Below, piece after piece: positions 58,920 through 64,000 of a DNA stretch of 64,000 nucleotides (position 1 is its first letter; each line of letters opens with the position of its first letter). Source of the DNA: Halocafeteria seosinensis (taxonomy: Eukaryota); the NCBI GenBank assembly GCA_001687465.1, contig LVLI01000094.1, positions 1 through 64,000 on the forward strand. The letters are read 5' to 3'. The translations under genes and the position numbers were made by a program. The notes under the pieces were generated by a model. It made no database searches, was not told the DNA's origin, and saw only the letters and a list, made by a program, of their open reading frames with translations.

Positions 58920-61900
58920 CTATTCAGATTCTTGTGATTCAGGTGACTTTAATTGCTCTAAAAAGAGAAAGAACTTCGTTGTCGCGAAAATCGCGTCGCG
59001 CTTCCCAGGTACCTTCTTCGAGGTATCCTCTTTCCACGATAAGAAAGAATCTTCGGGAATTATATCTTCGCGGTATAGTCCCAAGAAACTGCCTTCTGTC
59101 AGTCCCTTCCTTTTGATGTGGTTGAATTCATGGAAAAACTCTTGTAACGAAAACAAAGCTGACGTTCCGCATTCCACACTGTAGTTGCAAAAGTAAGCAA
59201 GAGCGGCACCATATTTTTCGTCCGCGCACCAGCCGGCTCGCACACTTAACTCTCCCCGTGAGTGCACTTCCTGCAAACGAAATATCCAATTATTATCAAC
59301 GTTACTAGTGTAACCAAAACAGTGAATAAACGAAGCACTATGAAAAAATCGCTACGCTGGCTCTCATACCCTTAGGATAAGATATAGGTGACATCACAGG
59401 ATATCAGATTCAAATCTTAATCACCGAGCACTGACAAGACAAGCTCACCACGACAGAGGGAAGGCACTTACCTCCAATACAGTTCGCATCAATCCCATTG
59501 AAACGCTTGAATACGACGCAGATGCAAACGTGTTCTGCAGCTGTTGCATCAGCTCTTTCCCCAAAACGCCTTGCTTCAGCACCCGACGACACTTCTCTTC
59601 AATTTCTTGCAAACTGTAAGACGGGTTCTCTTGTTGTAGGGCTGCCTCTGTGCTCTGCTTTTTCTGTGCAGCTTCCTCTATATGTTCCTTAAGCCATTCA
59701 TTTGCCCGCTTATGAGCCTCTTCTGACAGTGATAAAGTTTGAAACCCAATCTTCTTCCCCTTCGAAATATATTCTTGAAGGACACCAGCAAGGCGCTTTT
59801 CCTCGGCTTCTGTTAAATTGGCCTGAGTAAGATACGTTCCAAATCCTTTCCAAAACTGAGGCTTCCGGATGATTTTCTCATTATCTAGTAGATAATGCAA
59901 CAGAGACTGTATCTGCCTCACTTCACGACCAATTTCAGCAGACTTCAACCGATAAAGTGTCGCCTCTACCATGACATATCTGTAGTCTGTTGGTATTTTC
60001 TCCTCCAAGGCCTGTAGGGCTTGGTCCAGGGCGTTCATAGACATGTTCAACAGATAATCATCAAGAATTGACTCTATGTATTTTCTCGCCGTTTTCTGCA
60101 CAGTTCAAGAAATAGTATATCAAGTATGGAGAGAGAAACGGTATGGTGATTGCGGGGGCATACCTGCGCATGATGAATGTCAATACTTGCCGCTCGCTGT
60201 ATCTCTTCTTTAGGCGGTACAATTGTTGGCTTTTCTGGGGGTGCCATATTAGAGGTATCTAGCGTTTTTTGGCCATCATTTTCAGCTTCATGTGAATCCG
60301 CCGGTGCGGGCTGTGCTTCTTTTTCCCTCCTTGCATTCATGCTAGAAAATGCCGCGGGCACATTCTCTTGTCGAGACCTACCGAACGATCCTTCTGCTCT
60401 ATCCCGAGAAAACGCTGCAGGCAAATTTTCCTGTCGAGGTCTACCGAAGGATCCTTCTGCTCTATCTCGAGAAAAGGGGCCATCTCTGGAGTAAGCGGTA
60501 CGAGAATCTACTTTGGCTGGATCCTGATCAGCAGGTGACCCTCCAAATGGACTACTTCTTTTCGCTCCGTCAAATCCCCGCTGAAACGCAGAAGGGGTAT
60601 CTTGAGTCTTGCTCCGATTGAACGCACCAAATGCTGGCGAATCAGAGCTCTCTCGACCTTCGCCACGTTTGAAAGCAAATGCCGATGATCCACCGGGAGA
60701 CTGTCGATCACCGGAGTCGCGCCTTTCCTCCCGTCTAAATGCCGGATTATCGTCAGGCCTCGAGGCTCCTAAGTAGCCTCGAGTACCTCTTTCTTCATCC
60801 TTCCCAAAGCCACCAAATCCCCTACTGCCTTCCTGTTCCCTTCCAAAGCCACCGAACTTCCTGGTTTCGCCAGACTCAGCATCCCTTCTTCCGTTTCCAA
60901 ATGCACGCGAGCTATCAGAAGACGCTCGGCCAAACGTGCCACCCCATCTCGAACGCGTATTTCCACCGTCAGCGGCCGCATCATTTCGAGTCTGTTCAAA
61001 AAGAACCAGCCAGACTTATGCACGCTGCAAGAAGAAACAAAAAGTGGGTTTGCAGGGCTTACCATTTCAGAAGACGGGGATGTTTCCTTCATTTCTCTAC
61101 GTCGGGAAAGCATAGATCTCGAGAACTTTGAATCCTCTCTGGGTGCTTCCTCGGCGGCGCCACCCGCTTTCAATCCCCGAAGCCGAGCAAATTTATCCCC
61201 ATCGTCTACAGGAGGGGGCGCATCAGCTGGTGGAGCGCGTCTCAGCTGACTAAACTTATCATCGTCTCTATGACTGGCGTCAGTGGAAGACGGGCCTGCT
61301 CTTAGCTTAGCGAATCGGCTATCGTCACTCCCACTGCCACGGCTGGCAGTGGCAGCGGTGGGAGCTCCTCTTCTGATACGAGAGAATCGCTCATCCCCAC
61401 CTCCCGTTTCCGTTGATGGTTGGCTATCTGCTGGTGGTCGATTCCTTATGTCCCCCCAGTCCTGTTCGATTGCCGGCTCTGCTGTAGGTGGTTGAGTGCT
61501 TGCGCCCCCGAACCGAAGTTTCGCAAACTTGTCAGAATCGTCTTCCTCCTGAGCTTCTCCTCCGCCTATTCCCCGAAATTTTGCGAGAGCATCACCCGTG
61601 TCCACTTCATTTTCTTCCGTGGGGTTATTAACTTCCATGTCACCCCATTTCATACCAGTATTATTGTGTGCTTCGGAAGCCGTAGGTTCCCGTGCAACGC
61701 GGCGGAAGTCCCATGTTTCTTCCTCTGAAGACTGAACATTTGGTTGAGACGAAGGCTCTCCCTGTTGCTCGCCTAGAGATGGCCCAGCACCTCTCCAATC
61801 TGCGCACAGGACGCAATTCAAGCATCAGCTGAGAAGTCAACCTCCACAAGATTCACAAACCTTCCACAAAGTCGGCCTCCCCTTCCCCGGCTACGTCCTC

Positions 61901-62159
61901 TTCAGCGCCATAGTCCCGTCTGGCAAACCCATGCCCACCGGCTCTTAAGGAGTCTTCTTTCTTCCTGCAGCGTAATGCAAATGACGTAGACCATGACCAA
62001 GAATGTTCAAATGGGTGTCACAAAACTACAAAAAGCATCGGGGTTTCCCGGCTCCCCTTACCTCCCCGTGGGAGCAGTCGGAAGGGACGACTGCTGTTCG
62101 GCGTTAGGCCCTAGGAATTCTCCCAAGCTCTGCTTCGTCTTTTTCTTTCCACCCGGCAT
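58920..62159 (-). CDS. Translation-initiation-factor-like protein: eIF4B-like low-complexity N-terminus, MA3-like domain and C-terminal W2 domain; multi-exon
   Basis: MPGGKKKTKQSLGEFLG...LPTAP start; DDKFAKLR-type repeats; KYIESILDDYLLN...ALQALEE (MA3-like); LYREDIIPEDSFLSWKED...GKRDA...FFLFLEQ (W2). Confidence 0.72.
60345..60472. repeat. Coding tandem duplication (66 bp, 22 aa)
   Basis: FSRDRAEGSFGR.RQEN.PAAFS occurs twice on the minus strand. Confidence 0.8.
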
Positions 62160-62381
62160 TTTCGGTGTGCTTGTCTCACCGGTTTCGACCTACAAAAACT
62201 AAAATTTACAGCTAGAGGTCAATATCACCGCAGTATGAAGCATATAACCCAGACTTCCTCATTTTCTTGCTTTTTTGAAGTTGAAGTTGTAAGCACCAGA
62301 AAAGATTGATGCGTTGAAGTAGCAGCGCGGAATTCAAATGAAGTGGAACCTCGACGGGTTGTTGATACTTCAGAGGCTGTT

Positions 62382-63554
62382 ATGCAGGCGTCCGGGGTAG
62401 TTTTCCCAATTGGTTGGCGAAATCTGACGCTTGAAATGAATGAACAGGAAGAAAGGAAAGAATCAGCGTGGGTCACAGGAGATGTCGACTTGGAAAGGAA
62501 ATGGAATCGAGCAGGAGCTGTGAGATCCGGCTGGCCGTCTTTGGATGACACTATCCTTAAGGGCGGGTTTCACCGTAATGAAGTGTGCGACATAACCGGT
62601 CCTTCGGGTATAGGGAAGTCGCAGGTACGGTAGGCTTTCCCAGTGGTTTAACTTCTCTGCTACAACCAAAGCTCGCTCTTTCTGCAGGTACTGGCTAGCG
62701 TCATCGCCAATGCTTTACTAGAGTTCCCAGATCAGCATGTAACGTTGATTAGTGCTCATGCCTGTCATGGACTCCTCATTCGCATTCAAGAATTGGTTCG
62801 GTGCTCTTTAGAGGAGTCCTTCCAGGAAGCATCGGTACGTTACTCGTAGTGGGCATCGCAAATTTGTGTGGCACTTCAGTTTGATGTGGTTCTGAACAGC
62901 ACCAGGCGTTAGTCTCCGAAATACGATCACTACTGAGCAATGTATCTGTGAGAATCGTTTCAGATGTATGGGAAAGTGTAGAAGCGCTTAACTCGACACT
63001 TAAGTTAACGCGACAACAACAGAGAAAGTGTTCAGTCGTTGCGTTTGATGCCCTTTCCGAGGCAATAGACATATCCCAGTTGCTTTCTTTTGGGAAGAAG
63101 TTAGGTACGTATCTTGCAGACCGTCTCCAATGTCAAGTATGGAAAGTTTTCATTGGACTCTAGTGCAGCTCGAGGGATGCAAGCTGAACTTTGCAGATTG
63201 CTATTCCTATGCGCGGAAGAACTCCGTTGTGCTGTAATATGCTCCACACGAGCGTCCCCGTCGCAGCTCGAGGATCCCAACGATAAACTAGAGACAATTT
63301 TGTCAATGCGTTGGATGATTACGCGATGCAAAGTGCTAGCAATGTACCGTCCACATAGCAAGGATGCAAACGAGCAAACGACTTGTGTCGGTCTCGTCTC
63401 CAGCAAATATGAACCTGTAGCGGGCCAAAGTGCGGTCATATCCGTGGAGGATCCATCCCTCGTACCATTCAAGAAAAAGAAGGGAAGTTCTGATTCTACG
63501 ACTCCGCGGCAACCTTTGCTGCGTCCTTGGCATGAATTCAGTGCTCCCGCTTGA
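62382..63554 (+). CDS. RAD51 paralog (RAD51D/XRCC2-like RecA-fold ATPase), spliced
   Basis: VRSGWPSLDDTILKGGFHRNEVCDITGPSGIGKSQ (Walker A) and SVVAFDALS (Walker B); several introns. Start at 62382 or 62436. Confidence 0.75.
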
Positions 63555-64000
63555 ACGAAAGGTTTAGAGGAGTGTCACAGTGACAACTGCGAACAGGCAT
63601 GGAGAAACCAAGCAATTCCGGTGCGCTTGATACGCAGAGTATATTTAGGAACGTAATCACAATACTGGCAACATTACTCACAATACTTCTTAGAACTACT
63701 TGTGCTTGGAGACAAGTGCCGAGCTTACATGGCTACTGCTTCCTTTACCATGGTTATTTGGAAATTTATGTGCATGAGCGATGGTCGGTATATGATGGTG
63801 AATGCGTTAAGGAGAATCGCAGAAGACGCCAGATTCGGAACAACTTAAAAAATGTCATCAAGCGCAGCAACCGAAGCGCTGAGGGACGGGCACCTAACGA
63901 GGTTCAAGCATCCAAGGTTTACGATTCCTCTATAGCACTTACGTCGTCGTTTTACTTTTATTCTTTTGTATACGATTCCGAATGTGTCCCGACAAGGGCA

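Overview
Gene-dense nuclear DNA from a unicellular eukaryote. It has short GT-AG introns and centrin-3, AP-2 mu, RPAP1 and SANBR-like genes. The gene repertoire suggests a flagellate protist, possibly a stramenopile; this is an inference, not determinable here. From 5.8 to 64 kb lie about 22 mostly housekeeping genes. They include three local duplications (a JmjC/TPR pair, a Bax-inhibitor-1/Lifeguard pair and an inverted pair of secreted-protein genes) and two intronless bacterial-type genes (a CDA-fold guanine deaminase head-to-head with IMPDH, and a TIGR00725/SLOG protein). The first 5.8 kb is gene-poor. It holds decayed genes, an AT-rich island with five ~180-bp repeats that ends at a near-perfect 48-bp palindrome, and one copy of a tiny interspersed element. 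The second copy of that element (57.8 kb) is a clean 69-bp insertion with a 6-bp target-site duplication, and the empty site is visible in the sister arm of the inverted duplication. No rRNA, tRNA or CRISPR array was recognised. Spliced-gene coordinates are manual estimates and all family calls come from motif recognition, not database searches.
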